This document shows, in pieces, positions 17,615-27,636 of a DNA stretch of 64,000 bases; the first letter of the stretch is position 1, and each line of letters starts with the position of its first letter. The position numbers and the translations under genes were made by a program. Below the pieces are notes generated by a model, which saw only the letters and a program-made list of their open reading frames with translations, had not been told where the DNA came from and did not search any database. The stretch is taken from NCBI GenBank assembly GCA_964627845.1, contig CAZVKL010000001.1:95370-159369 (forward strand), in the 5' to 3' direction. The DNA comes from an uncultured Erysipelothrix sp. (lineage in GTDB: Bacteria > Bacillota_I > Bacilli_A > Erysipelotrichales > Erysipelotrichaceae).

Positions 17615-18765
17615 TTATCATCACTCGCTTTTCGTAATATGGGTGATTCAAAGAAATCATTGATTTTATGAATGATGTCATTGACAGAATGTTCCTTTTG
17701 TTCATAATTAAATAAATTATAGATTTCATCTTCCTCAATTGTTTTTAAATTGTTTAACGCTACGCCTAAAAAAGTAACGGATCCTTTGAACTCAAATTGA
17801 TCAAAAAGAAGCAACGCACTTTGATACAATTGTTCTAATGTTGAAAACCCTCCTTCATTGCGTTGAGATTTAGACATTGGTTTCGCTTGATCGAAGCCAA
17901 CTGTAACGCTTAATGTAACTCCCATAACATTATTCTTAGTCAACTTTTCAACAATATCTTCACATTGAGTAAAAATAATCGAATGAATTTCTTCATAGTC
18001 ATCCACCCCTTTTAACAAGGAATTTGATGCTGAAATCGATTTAACATCCGCATCAATTTCTAATTCAGCGCTGTCAATTCCATGTGCTTTATCTAAGATA
18101 GAATCCATTTGATTATGAAGAATCGGTTCCAATAGATGCTTATCCGTATTCACTAAGTCCCCTATTGTCTTTATGTTAATCTTCCTCAGTTTTTCTTGGG
18201 TGACTTTCCCAATCCCATAAAAATCTTCTATGGGTAAAGGCCAAAGTTTACGCTTCACTTCTCGTTTTCTCAAGACACTAATTCCCATTGGTTTTTTGAA
18301 ATCTGAAGCCATCTTTGCTAGAAAACGATTCGGTGCAACCCCAATTGAACAAGACAAATTATACTTTTCTTTCAACTCTCTTTGAATTTTAAACGCTAAA
18401 TCAAGAGGTTTCTCAAACTCTTTAATTTGTTGGGTCACATCGATATAACACTCATCAATGGATAACACTTCAACCAGTGGTGTGATCGTTCTTAAATAGT
18501 CAATAAAAAGCGTCGATACTCTTCGATACTCTTTAAAATCAGGCTCAACGACCACTAAATGCCGAACTTTTTGTTGAGCAATCGCCAATGGCATTGCAGA
18601 GTGCACCCCATACGCTCTCGCTTCATACGAGGCCGTCGTCACCACCGACCCACTTTTATTACGTGAAACCACCAAAGGTTTCCCAATTAAAGAAGGATCA
18701 TTATTCTGAGCAACACTCGCATAAAAAGCATTCAAATCAATATGAAACAAGACTTTAGGATTCAT
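17611..18765 (-). CDS. dinB: DNA polymerase IV (Y-family)
   Basis: FHIDLNAFYASV, SIDECYIDVT, GVAPNRFLAKMASD. Confidence 0.9.
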   Translation of the reverse strand: MNPKVLFHIDLNAFYASVAQNNDPSLIGKPLVVSRNKSGSVVTTASYEARAYGVHSAMPLAIAQQKVRHLVVVEPDFKEYRRVSTLFIDYLRTITPLVEVLSIDECYIDVTQQIKEFEKPLDLAFKIQRELKEKYNLSCSIGVAPNRFLAKMASDFKKPMGISVLRKREVKRKLWPLPIEDFYGIGKVTQEKLRKINIKTIGDLVNTDKHLLEPILHNQMDSILDKAHGIDSAELEIDADVKSISASNSLLKGVDDYEEIHSIIFTQCEDIVEKLTKNNVMGVTLSVTVGFDQAKPMSKSQRNEGGFSTLEQLYQSALLLFDQFEFKGSVTFLGVALNNLKTIEEDEIYNLFNYEQKEHSVNDIIHKINDFFESPILRKASDDK

Positions 18766-20389
18766 TTTTAAGATCCTTTGTTTGAGATAATAAATTAGTT
18801 GCCGCCTCTAAACTCGTTTCATTTATTTGTGACGATAACATCAGTGCTAATTGTTCGATACGTTCATCAAAATTTAATTCCTTAAAATAGACCTCAGTAA
18901 ATTTTTCAACATCTTTCTTATAGACTAAGTGATGGCTATCACCAAACGCCGCTATAATTGGCAGATGAGTGACGACCAATAACGCATGTTCTTGGGATAA
19001 CTTCGCCATCTTTTGGCCCATTAATTGAGCCACTTGACCAGACACACCTGAATCTATTTCATCAAAGACAATTAGTTTTGGCGTCTGATGACGATTAAAA
19101 ATAACTTTTAAGGCCAACATTACTCGAGACAGTTCGCCACCACTGGCAACCTGAGAGAGTGGCGCTAGTGCTTGGCCTTTATTTAACGCAATTAAAAAAC
19201 GAACTTGATCGATTCCATGCTCATTTTCAATCTCCGAAAATTCAACATTAAACTTAAAATGATGAAGATTTAAATCATGGCTATGCGCTTCTAGTTCTTT
19301 TGACAGTTTTATGCTCATCGCTTTTCTCAATTCACTTAACTTATTTGCCATTAACCAATAGGCTTGATGTGCTTCTTCAATTTTCTTATCAAACTGTTGT
19401 AGCGTTTTTTGATGATCCGAATGATTCGCAATCAATTCTTTGGACTCATCAATGTAGTTAATAATTTCCTCAACTGAACGATTTAATCGGCGCATCGTAC
19501 TGGAATAAAGATAAGCGCGTTCATTTAGTTGTTGATAAGTGTCTTCATCAAAATCGGCAGAGCTAATGGCATGTTTAATACTTTGGTGTGCTTCCGATAA
19601 TTGATAATAAGCCGAAGAAACTAAGTCATTGATTTCGTTATTAGGACTTGAATTTAAAACTGGGTACAACGATTCATAGTTAACTTCATCAAAGATGTCT
19701 GATAATTCATAGGCTGATGCCAAAGATGATTCGACCTCTTTCATCCGCTTAAGCTCTTGTTGTATTGAATCGATTTCCTCACCACTAAAGTTTAATTCCT
19801 CTAACAGATCAATTTCATTTTTTAGCTGATTTAGTTCAAATTCATCAAGTTGATGGGCTAAGAATTGATTCTTTTGATGGATTAAATCCTTATATTGACC
19901 ATACTTTTGTTTAACATCGTCAATTAAGGAACCATGATCGATTAATTGATCCAAATAGTTTAAATGATTCTTCTCGTCTAATAATCCTTGTGTATTAAAC
20001 TGAGAATGAATATCAATTTCCTCTATTAGAATTGACTTCACTAGATTTAACGGCACTAACTCACGATTAATGCGATAAGACGATTTACCATTATCATTAA
20101 TAATTCGGGAGAAGACCATTTCATCTTCAACTTCAAACCCTGCTTCTACCAATTGATGATAAGCATTGGAATCTGGGGTAAAAGTAAAAACCGCTTCAAT
20201 AATTGCTTTCGAGTCATATGGACCAACGATTTCTCTATTTAAGCGTTGTCCCATAATTAACGATAACGCATGAATAAAAATTGATTTACCAGCACCAGTT
20301 TCCCCTGTTACCACCATCATTGATGGTTTGAAATCAAATTGAAGAGTTTTAATTAAAATATAATTCTGAACAGAAAGCTGTTGAATCAT
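18755..20389 (-). CDS. recN: DNA repair protein RecN
   Basis: Walker A GETGAGKS, long coiled coil, signature ASGGELSRVMLA, Walker B LIVFDEIDSG. Confidence 0.92.
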   Translation of the reverse strand: MIQQLSVQNYILIKTLQFDFKPSMMVVTGETGAGKSIFIHALSLIMGQRLNREIVGPYDSKAIIEAVFTFTPDSNAYHQLVEAGFEVEDEMVFSRIINDNGKSSYRINRELVPLNLVKSILIEEIDIHSQFNTQGLLDEKNHLNYLDQLIDHGSLIDDVKQKYGQYKDLIHQKNQFLAHQLDEFELNQLKNEIDLLEELNFSGEEIDSIQQELKRMKEVESSLASAYELSDIFDEVNYESLYPVLNSSPNNEINDLVSSAYYQLSEAHQSIKHAISSADFDEDTYQQLNERAYLYSSTMRRLNRSVEEIINYIDESKELIANHSDHQKTLQQFDKKIEEAHQAYWLMANKLSELRKAMSIKLSKELEAHSHDLNLHHFKFNVEFSEIENEHGIDQVRFLIALNKGQALAPLSQVASGGELSRVMLALKVIFNRHQTPKLIVFDEIDSGVSGQVAQLMGQKMAKLSQEHALLVVTHLPIIAAFGDSHHLVYKKDVEKFTEVYFKELNFDERIEQLALMLSSQINETSLEAATNLLSQTKDLKNES

Positions 20390-22236
20390 TAATCGCTATT
20401 CACCTCGATGTTATTAAGTATGTCATTTAAAACACTTAAACTGTCAATTTTTGCTTGTTTTCGTAAGGTAGAGACAGGACCGTGTTTATAAAGTTGAGAC
20501 TGTGGTTGGTAGATTTTAATTTCTGAATTTGAAGACATTTGTTTCTTTAATTCATCAATTTTACATAGTAATGATTCTTGAATAAAATCATCACTGACGA
20601 TGAAAATTGGAGCTTGTGTCTGTAAACAAAAACTTAAGGCATCTTCATCTAGTGGGTTAGCGTAACGCATATTCACAACCCATAACTTTAAATGATTCGA
20701 TTGAATCTTTTGAAGATAAGGTTCGACATTAGAGCCATAAGTAAGGATAATGCCACTAGGATTTGAAACTTCTAAATTATTTATTTCCCATTGTCCTATT
20801 AGAAATGGAGGTTGATTAAACACTGCTTTTGACTTGTTATAATCTAAAAGACGAATCAAAGTCACTTTAGACGACTGTTGTGCTAATAATAATTGATGAT
20901 GAAGTTCTTGATTGTTTTTCGGTTGAGCAATCACGAATTGATCAAACTTAGAGAATAAACTTAAATCATAAATTCCTTTTTGAAGACCTCCATCAATTTC
21001 ATTGAAACCAGACTTTAAAGCAATGATAATCATTGGACAAGAAATTAACGATGTTTCACTTAAGAGGGTTTCATAGACAGACAGTAAGTCTTGGCTCTCA
21101 CAAATCAAAACAGGCTTCAAGTCTTGTATGCATAAACCAGACGCAAACGAAAACGCATGTGAAATCGCATGATGAATATTAAAGACTTTCCCTTTAACAA
21201 ATTTAAGTTTGTCTTCTAAATAATCAATTGTATTAACGACCATAAAACGAGGGTTTGTATCAGCCATGAACTTTAAGGATTCAATCACTTGATCTTCACT
21301 ATGAACGTAACCATCAGGCAAGCTAATAACCTGTTTGCCAGTATTTGGGTCAAAATCATTTAAATCAACCCAGTGCCCCTTCAATTCATGTTGTGCTTCT
21401 TGATACCCTTTTCCTTTTATTGTTTTAAAATGAACCACAATTGGTTCCTCATAATCACGAGCATATTTAAACACACGACTTACATCGCTTATTTTGTGTC
21501 CATCAAAAGGTCCAATGTATCGAAGACCTAATTCAGTAAATAAATTAGTCGATGTTACTGTTTTACCTAATGTACTGGTGATGCCCTTAATTGATTTCTT
21601 TATTGGCTTAGTAATCAGATTCCCCTTTTCAAAGAAAGAAGACATATCATCTTTAAACTGAGTAATCGGTTTTGCGAGCGCAAGATTTTTTAAGCTTGTT
21701 GTTAAACCACTGACGCCTGCTTCATCTGAATAATCATTAATTACGATAATGACTTTCTTTTTAAATGAACTAATATGATTCAACGCTTCAAAGACAATCC
21801 CTTTATTTAATGTATTATGACTAATGACACAAATAATTTGATCCGCTTCATTTTTCATGCTTAATCCATAAGCGATCGATAAAGATTGCCCTTTTGTTGT
21901 CGCTTCATATGGGTCATGGATTGATTCAGAAGCTGACTGAAAACTCGACATGCCATTGACTTGTCGAAGTGTTTTAAACAAACTAGCCCGTCCTGTAACT
22001 ATTTTATGAGTATAACTTAGGTTATCTGGATCAAATAAAATCTTATCTGTTGGTGAATTAAAGACTCGATGCAACCCAATCGTTAATTCAACTGATGACA
22101 GATTTGAAGCCAGATATCCACCCGTTTTACTCACATGTGAACTTAAAAACTCTCTTATTTCTTGAGCTAATGTTTCAAGTTCTTTAAGAGTTAATGTTTT
22201 TAAAAATGCAGGTGACTCTATCTTGACTAAATCCAT
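20389..22236 (-). CDS. DXS-family protein, highly divergent and predicted catalytically inactive
   Basis: 615 aa in the ispA-dxs-recN position. DXS-like blocks VELTIGLHRVF, THKIVTGR and YIGPFDGH are present, but the TPP/Mg/catalytic motifs are replaced (see findings). Confidence 0.85.
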   Translation of the reverse strand: MDLVKIESPAFLKTLTLKELETLAQEIREFLSSHVSKTGGYLASNLSSVELTIGLHRVFNSPTDKILFDPDNLSYTHKIVTGRASLFKTLRQVNGMSSFQSASESIHDPYEATTKGQSLSIAYGLSMKNEADQIICVISHNTLNKGIVFEALNHISSFKKKVIIVINDYSDEAGVSGLTTSLKNLALAKPITQFKDDMSSFFEKGNLITKPIKKSIKGITSTLGKTVTSTNLFTELGLRYIGPFDGHKISDVSRVFKYARDYEEPIVVHFKTIKGKGYQEAQHELKGHWVDLNDFDPNTGKQVISLPDGYVHSEDQVIESLKFMADTNPRFMVVNTIDYLEDKLKFVKGKVFNIHHAISHAFSFASGLCIQDLKPVLICESQDLLSVYETLLSETSLISCPMIIIALKSGFNEIDGGLQKGIYDLSLFSKFDQFVIAQPKNNQELHHQLLLAQQSSKVTLIRLLDYNKSKAVFNQPPFLIGQWEINNLEVSNPSGIILTYGSNVEPYLQKIQSNHLKLWVVNMRYANPLDEDALSFCLQTQAPIFIVSDDFIQESLLCKIDELKKQMSSNSEIKIYQPQSQLYKHGPVSTLRKQAKIDSLSVLNDILNNIEVNSD

Positions 22237-22244
22237 AATTTCCT

Positions 22245-23090
22245 CTAACTTTGACGATTAACTAAGTATTCGATCATGTTGTATATCTCAGAATTATTTA
22301 GTTTTAACTTATCTAAATCTGCTCGTATTTCAGAATATAAATTAGATACTAGTTCATGCGCTTCATCTAAACTCATAAACTTAAGTGCTGTGACTTTTTG
22401 ATTGCTTGCGTCAGAACCTGTTGTTTTACCAATTTCTTCTAATGACTTGCTTACATCAAAAATATCATCTTGAATTTGGAAAGCTCTTCCGCATTTATAA
22501 CCAATATTACGTAGTGTTTCACGGTCGTTGTCTTTGCCAACTAGAATTGCGGCTGACTCTAAAGCGGTGGCTAATAGGCAACCTGTCTTTAAATCATACA
22601 TTTTAAGAATCTTCTCTAAACTTTCAACGTCTTTATTTTCTAATTCTAAATCGATTGCTTGACCCAAAATCATTCCATTAAGACCCGCACGTTTCGAGAA
22701 TAAATCAACTAATTTTACTTTTACACTATCGCTATAATTTGAACCGATTAAAACTTCAAATGCTCCCGTCAATAAAGCATCTCCGGCTAAGATGGCATTT
22801 GCTTCACCATAGACCTTATGATTAGATAATTGACCTCGACGGTAATCATCATTATCCATGGCAGGTAAATCATCATGAACAATTGAATATGTTTGAATAA
22901 ACTCTAAGGCTAAAGCGACATCCACCCCTAGATAAGGATCATGACCATAATCTTTAATTAAGGCTAACATTAATAATGGACGAACCCTTTTACCAGGAGC
23001 CAATAATGAATAGGCTACCGCTTCTTTAACTTCTGAAGACTCATAATTTCCTAATATTTCTTGTAGTTGTTCATCAATTAATTTCTTCAT
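22245..23090 (-). CDS. ispA: farnesyl/geranyl diphosphate synthase
   Basis: FARM VHDDLPAMDNDDYRRG and SARM FQIQDDIFD are both intact. Confidence 0.92.
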   Translation of the reverse strand: MKKLIDEQLQEILGNYESSEVKEAVAYSLLAPGKRVRPLLMLALIKDYGHDPYLGVDVALALEFIQTYSIVHDDLPAMDNDDYRRGQLSNHKVYGEANAILAGDALLTGAFEVLIGSNYSDSVKVKLVDLFSKRAGLNGMILGQAIDLELENKDVESLEKILKMYDLKTGCLLATALESAAILVGKDNDRETLRNIGYKCGRAFQIQDDIFDVSKSLEEIGKTTGSDASNQKVTALKFMSLDEAHELVSNLYSEIRADLDKLKLNNSEIYNMIEYLVNRQS

Positions 23091-23292
23091 GACTGTCCTC
23101 CTGTGAATAATCTTCTACGATTTGGTTTATTCTTTTTTCATAAGAATTCAGTTGTTTTTGGCATGCTTGTGAAAGCTTCAAGCCTTCTTCAAATAATTCA
23201 ATTGATTGTTCCAATGGTAATTCTGGATTATCCAATTGGCTTACAATGGATTCTAAGCGTTTCATTGCTTCATCAAATTTAAATTCACTCAT
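23074..23292 (-). CDS. xseB: exodeoxyribonuclease VII small subunit
   Basis: 72 aa. FDEAMKRLESIVSQLDNPELPLEQSIELFEEGLKLSQACQKQL. Confidence 0.9.
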   Translation of the reverse strand: MSEFKFDEAMKRLESIVSQLDNPELPLEQSIELFEEGLKLSQACQKQLNSYEKRINQIVEDYSQEDSHEEIN

Positions 23293-24743
23293 CTTTGTTC
23301 CTTCACTTTCACTTCTACATGTCCATCTTGATAGACTAATTTAATCGGTTGATTGCGTTTAATATCTTGAATCGATCGGATTAATCGATCATTTTGATAA
23401 CTTATAATGTATCCTTTTTCTAACAATCGATACGGTGATTTCAAGGTTAATTCTTGGTGGCTTAATGCTTGAATATTCTGTGCCTTTTCTATTTTCGATT
23501 TAAGTAACTTTATTGAGTCATCTATAATGCCGTTAATCCTTTGATTTGATTGACTTAGCTTATGTGTTGGCCGCATATTCAATAAATCTTTGTGTAAAAA
23601 AGAATAGATTCTCTCTGTTGAACTCTGTTTCATTTCTATTTTACGTTTAATCTGATGACTTAACGATGATAGAAACTGATGACCTTGATAGGTTCGTAAC
23701 CGTGTTTGTTCAAATAATTTACTCTGCGTTTTATCAAATCGATAACTGAGATTCTGATAATGATGTAAAAATTGATTGAGTTGATGACGATTCTGTCTTA
23801 ACTGGTAATCCTTATCAACAATAAGCGAATTTGGCCTACTTAAGACACTCTGCTTTACTAAATGATTCACCGCTAATCGATTGGAGTTAATTTTATTAGT
23901 GATTAAACGATTTAACTGAGACGCTCGTAACGCGATTTCGTTTTTTACTTCTCTTCGATCAGGTGTCGCAATAACGGCTGCATCCGTAGGTGTTAGGCCT
24001 CGCTTATCCGCCACATAATCGACTAGTGTTACATCAATTTCATGGCCAACACCGGTGATAATTGGGGTCTTCGCTTCAAAGATAGCCATGACAAGTTCTA
24101 AGTCATTAAAAGCCCACAAATCTTCCAATGAGCCGCCCCCTCTCGCAAGTAAAATAACATCCAATTGGTCTTGGTCCGCTTCTTTTAATCGAGAGATAAG
24201 TTGTGCTGGCGCAAGGATCCCTTGAACCAACGACTCATACATCACCACACTCGCAGATGGCCATCGCAAGTCTAGTGTCTTTAGTATATCTGCTTGAGCA
24301 GCTGATTGGGCACCGACAATGACTCCAATTCTTGATGGGTATGCAGGAATCTCTTTTTTATGTTCTTGATTGAAATAGCCTTTCTTATGAAGATTATCTC
24401 TTAACTCAAGATATTTCTGATAAAGCGCCCCTTGACCATCTAAAGATAACTGGTTGATAACAATTTGTACTTTGCCAGAAGCAGCATAAACAGACACATA
24501 TCCATTCACGCGTACTTCATCCCCTTCTTGAATCTTTGTTTTGACTTTCAGTGTATTTGAAGCAAACATCACACAGTCAATCTTTGCGCTTGAATCTTTT
24601 AAACTAAAGTACCAGTGCCCTGAAGAGGCTTTATAAAAATTTGAGATTTCACCCACACACTCAAGTTCACGGAGTATCGGATGAGTCTCAAGTGACTTTT
24701 TAATGGTTGAAACAACTTGACTGATACTTAAAGCTTGACTCAT
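23289..24743 (-). CDS. xseA: exodeoxyribonuclease VII large subunit
   Basis: 484 aa with an OB-fold N-terminus (GEISNFYKASSGHWYFSLKD), ARGGGSLEDLWAFN and GVGHEID. Confidence 0.92.
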   Translation of the reverse strand: MSQALSISQVVSTIKKSLETHPILRELECVGEISNFYKASSGHWYFSLKDSSAKIDCVMFASNTLKVKTKIQEGDEVRVNGYVSVYAASGKVQIVINQLSLDGQGALYQKYLELRDNLHKKGYFNQEHKKEIPAYPSRIGVIVGAQSAAQADILKTLDLRWPSASVVMYESLVQGILAPAQLISRLKEADQDQLDVILLARGGGSLEDLWAFNDLELVMAIFEAKTPIITGVGHEIDVTLVDYVADKRGLTPTDAAVIATPDRREVKNEIALRASQLNRLITNKINSNRLAVNHLVKQSVLSRPNSLIVDKDYQLRQNRHQLNQFLHHYQNLSYRFDKTQSKLFEQTRLRTYQGHQFLSSLSHQIKRKIEMKQSSTERIYSFLHKDLLNMRPTHKLSQSNQRINGIIDDSIKLLKSKIEKAQNIQALSHQELTLKSPYRLLEKGYIISYQNDRLIRSIQDIKRNQPIKLVYQDGHVEVKVKEQR

Positions 24744-25117
24744 ATATCTAAAACCTTATCTAAAGTTGCATTAATTAACTTGTAGGTATCATCTTGATCA
24801 CCATAGCTTTTGGACATTTCTACCGCTTCATTAATCAGTGCCGTTTTAGGGGTTTGTAAGATGACTGCCTCACCACAAGCTAATAGCAAGATGGCTTGTT
24901 CAATAAAACCAAGTCGACTAAACTCCCAATCGTTGAGTTCATCATCAATTAATTCACTTAATTCTTTTTTATCTGAAAAAATATAATTAATTACTTTTTG
25001 AAAGTCTTCATGTAAACTTAAAAAAGCTTCTTGATCAGAGTCATGCTCAATATCATCTCGAAGTAATGTTTGGTATAAGTAAATCATTGCGTCCACTCGT
25101 TTTTGATGTCGTGTCAT
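24740..25117 (-). CDS. nusB: transcription antitermination factor NusB
   Basis: MTRHQKRVDAMIYLYQ...NEAVEMSKSYG. ATG at 25117 follows GGTGGGAG; the track start at 25129 is a GTG inside that RBS. Confidence 0.88.
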   Translation of the reverse strand: MTRHQKRVDAMIYLYQTLLRDDIEHDSDQEAFLSLHEDFQKVINYIFSDKKELSELIDDELNDWEFSRLGFIEQAILLLACGEAVILQTPKTALINEAVEMSKSYGDQDDTYKLINATLDKVLDI

Positions 25118-25164
25118 ACTATCTCCCACCTGTAACTCTTATTTTATCATACTCGTAATCGCTT

Positions 25165-25190
25165 TAAAAAATAAAAAAGCCCGTAGGCTT
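25165..25190 (-). terminator. terminator after the asp23-family gene
   Basis: - strand AAGCC-TACG-GGCTT hairpin followed by TTTTTTATTTTTT. Confidence 0.6.
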
Positions 25191-25518
25191 AATTAAATTG
25201 AAAACCAACAACATTGACATTGACTTCATCTGTATGAACATCCGTCATTTGTTTAATTGCTTCAACGATTTTATCTTGAATTAAACGAGACGTTCTTTCT
25301 GCATTTGTTCCATAGTTTAATCGAACTTCAACATCAATTTTCATTAAGCCATTCTTACTTAACTCACAATTAATGCCTTTTTTAAAGCTACCATCGACAA
25401 TGTTGACGCCTTCAATTTCTTGGACATTAATTCGAGCAATCCATTCAAAGACACTCTTATGTATATTAACGTCGCCTAATTTAGTTTCAAATTTTATTTC
25501 CGCAAATTCTTGAGCCAT
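25189..25518 (-). CDS. Asp23/Gls24 family envelope-stress protein (YqhY-like)
   Basis: 109 aa; Asp23-like sequence; position upstream of nusB as in Bacillus yqhY. Confidence 0.8.
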   Translation of the reverse strand: MAQEFAEIKFETKLGDVNIHKSVFEWIARINVQEIEGVNIVDGSFKKGINCELSKNGLMKIDVEVRLNYGTNAERTSRLIQDKIVEAIKQMTDVHTDEVNVNVVGFQFN

Positions 25519-25572
25519 AAGGTCACCTCACTCTTTAATATCATACACTATTTCAGTGTTTATTTCATCCGC

Positions 25573-26514
25573 TTAGCAGTTCTGAGTCGTTTCAAAAAAG
25601 TCGATTGTATCAACTTTATCTTGTTGCATTTGATGAATAAGTTGTTGGACATTATCAAACTTCAATTCTTCTCTTAAAAACTTATAAAATGCTAGCTTAA
25701 CAGTCTGTCCATAAATTTTTTCATTAAAATCAAGTATATACGTTTCAACACTTATTGGTTCACTGGTATTAAATGTCAAATTATGACCAACATTGGTCAT
25801 AGCAGGATACCAAGTATCATGGACATACATCTTGGTGATATAGACACCCTCTTTGACATCATGATATTCAGGATTCACTTTCATATTTGCGGTAGGAAAA
25901 CCAATTTCTCGGCCTTTCTGATTTCCCGCAACAATCTCTCCTGAGATAGTATAAGGTCTACCTAACAATAATTTAACTTCTTGAACATCCCCAGCTTTTA
26001 AAGTTTCGATAATACGTGTACTGCTTATTTTTTGTTGTTGATAGTCAACCTCTTCAATAATATCAACACTAAACCATTCCTCATAGTCTAATAAGGTTTG
26101 TGCAGTCCCTTGCCCTTTGTAGCCAAATCTAAAGTCAAAGCCACAGACAATATTCTTGATGTTGAGTGGTTTAAGAATCAACTTAACAAATTGATCAGGG
26201 CTTAACTTCATCATTCTCTCATCAATCTCTAAGAGCACAATGACATGCATCCCAAGTTGTTTTGCTTCATGGATCTTATCTTCTAATGTCATGATATGTT
26301 TAACATTATCAAACTTTTTAACAACCACAATTGGGTCAGGATCAAATGTAATTAAAGCGGGTGTTAAATTATCTTTTTCACTGTTCTCTAACACTTTATT
26401 AACCAGTTTTTGATGACCAACATGAAGCCCATCAAAATAACCAATACAAGCCGATAAAGGCTGATTGATCGATTGAATCTCATCCATGTTTACTCTAATA
26501 ATCTTTACATCCAT
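25573..26514 (-). CDS. ribF: bifunctional riboflavin kinase / FMN adenylyltransferase
   Basis: GYFDGLHVGHQKL (FAD synthetase motif) and GFPTANM (kinase motif). Confidence 0.92.
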   Translation of the reverse strand: MDVKIIRVNMDEIQSINQPLSACIGYFDGLHVGHQKLVNKVLENSEKDNLTPALITFDPDPIVVVKKFDNVKHIMTLEDKIHEAKQLGMHVIVLLEIDERMMKLSPDQFVKLILKPLNIKNIVCGFDFRFGYKGQGTAQTLLDYEEWFSVDIIEEVDYQQQKISSTRIIETLKAGDVQEVKLLLGRPYTISGEIVAGNQKGREIGFPTANMKVNPEYHDVKEGVYITKMYVHDTWYPAMTNVGHNLTFNTSEPISVETYILDFNEKIYGQTVKLAFYKFLREELKFDNVQQLIHQMQQDKVDTIDFFETTQNC

Positions 26515-27341
26515 AATCCTCGTTGACTCCTATATTCTTTAATCTGATCATCATATTGATAGATGGCCACAATTTCATCATGATGTGTAATGGCAATTTG
26601 ATCATCTATATACTCATGTTTAATATTTTTCCCATTGTAAATTGCTTTAATATCATCAATCTCAAGTGACTTATAATGACTTAAGCCCTTTGCAATTGGA
26701 ATTAAATCACGTTGACCAAGGTCTTCTATGTCAATACAATCACTCAATTTAAATGGACCATTTTCTGTTCGAACGAGCGAACTCATCGTACCAATATTAT
26801 TAAGCTTTTGAGCAATATCTTCACACAGTGTCCGTATATAAGTCCCATGACTGACTAATGCTTCAAACTCAAAACTGGTTTCACTGATTGATAATAACTT
26901 AATATCAAAAATTTCGATATTCGTATATTGTTGTTGAACCTCAATCTTTTCACGTTGATAATCGATTAACTTCTTTCCCTTCACTTTTTTAGCAGAGGTC
27001 ATTGGAACACGCTGTGAGCTTTGCCCCATAAATGATACCAGTACCGTTTCTAACTGTTCTTTCGTAACCGGTGAAATTGATTGTTTCTGTATTGTTTTAC
27101 CCCAAATATCTCCAGTATCTGTTTTCAACCCTAACTGACATGTTGCTTGATAACGTTTTGTTTTTGAATCGATAAAAGGCAATGCCTTGGTAAGACCAAC
27201 TAAACAAACTAAAACACCCGTCGCTTGTGGATCAAGGGTGCCTGTATGCCCTACCTTTGTGCGATAAAAACGAGAAACTTTATTAACGACATCAAAGGAG
27301 GTCCAACCTTTTGGTTTGTTGATACAAAGAATTCCATGCAT
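26505..27341 (-). CDS. truB: tRNA pseudouridine(55) synthase
   Basis: GHTGTLDPQATGVL with the catalytic Asp; 278 aa. Confidence 0.92.
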   Translation of the reverse strand: MHGILCINKPKGWTSFDVVNKVSRFYRTKVGHTGTLDPQATGVLVCLVGLTKALPFIDSKTKRYQATCQLGLKTDTGDIWGKTIQKQSISPVTKEQLETVLVSFMGQSSQRVPMTSAKKVKGKKLIDYQREKIEVQQQYTNIEIFDIKLLSISETSFEFEALVSHGTYIRTLCEDIAQKLNNIGTMSSLVRTENGPFKLSDCIDIEDLGQRDLIPIAKGLSHYKSLEIDDIKAIYNGKNIKHEYIDDQIAITHHDEIVAIYQYDDQIKEYRSQRGLWM

Positions 27342-27371
27342 GCCTATATTATAACAAATAATTGCTTTTAC

Positions 27372-27399
27372 TTGACAATCTTTTTATAACGAGTAAAAT
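27372..27399 (+). promoter_or_regulatory. promoter of the lysine riboswitch-ABC operon
   Basis: TTGACA at 27372-27377, 16-nt spacer, TAAAAT at 27394-27399. Confidence 0.6.
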
Positions 27400-27416
27400 A
27401 CCCTTTATAAAAGATG

Positions 27417-27620
27417 CATAGAGGTAGCAGTGTAGATGAGTAAGCTCACGAGTTGGCAAACCGTGACTGAGCTGAAAGGCAATCACTGCCGAATTAAAGA
27501 ATTGGGCGCAATTCTTTGATGGGGTTATGAGAAACACTCATAACACTCCTTCCACTAAGGAAGAGGAGCTAGTTTGTTGTTAAGTTTAAGACTGACCAGG
27601 CTAGCCTGGTCTTTTATTTT
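27417..27620 (+). promoter_or_regulatory. lysine riboswitch (L-box) with intrinsic terminator
   Basis: AGAGGTAGC...GATGAGTAAGCT...GAGCTGAAAGGCAATCACTGCCGAA...GATGGGGTTATGAG-AAAC-ACTCATAACACTCC...GGAGCTA parallels the conserved L-box elements as I recall them from T. maritima and B. subtilis lysC (GGAGGCGC, GAUGAGUAGGCU, GGCUGAAAGGCG..GCCGAAG, CUGGGG...ACUGUCA...GGAGAGCC). Terminator GACCAGG-CTAG-CCTGGTC plus TTTTATTTT at 27594-27620. Confidence 0.75.
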
Positions 27621-27636
27621 GAAAGGAGCAACAAAC

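Noticed and set aside
27349-27537. 62-aa - strand ORF between truB and the ABC operon
   Set aside because: It overlaps the + strand promoter and lysine riboswitch. The sequence conservation pattern is explained by RNA structure, not by coding.
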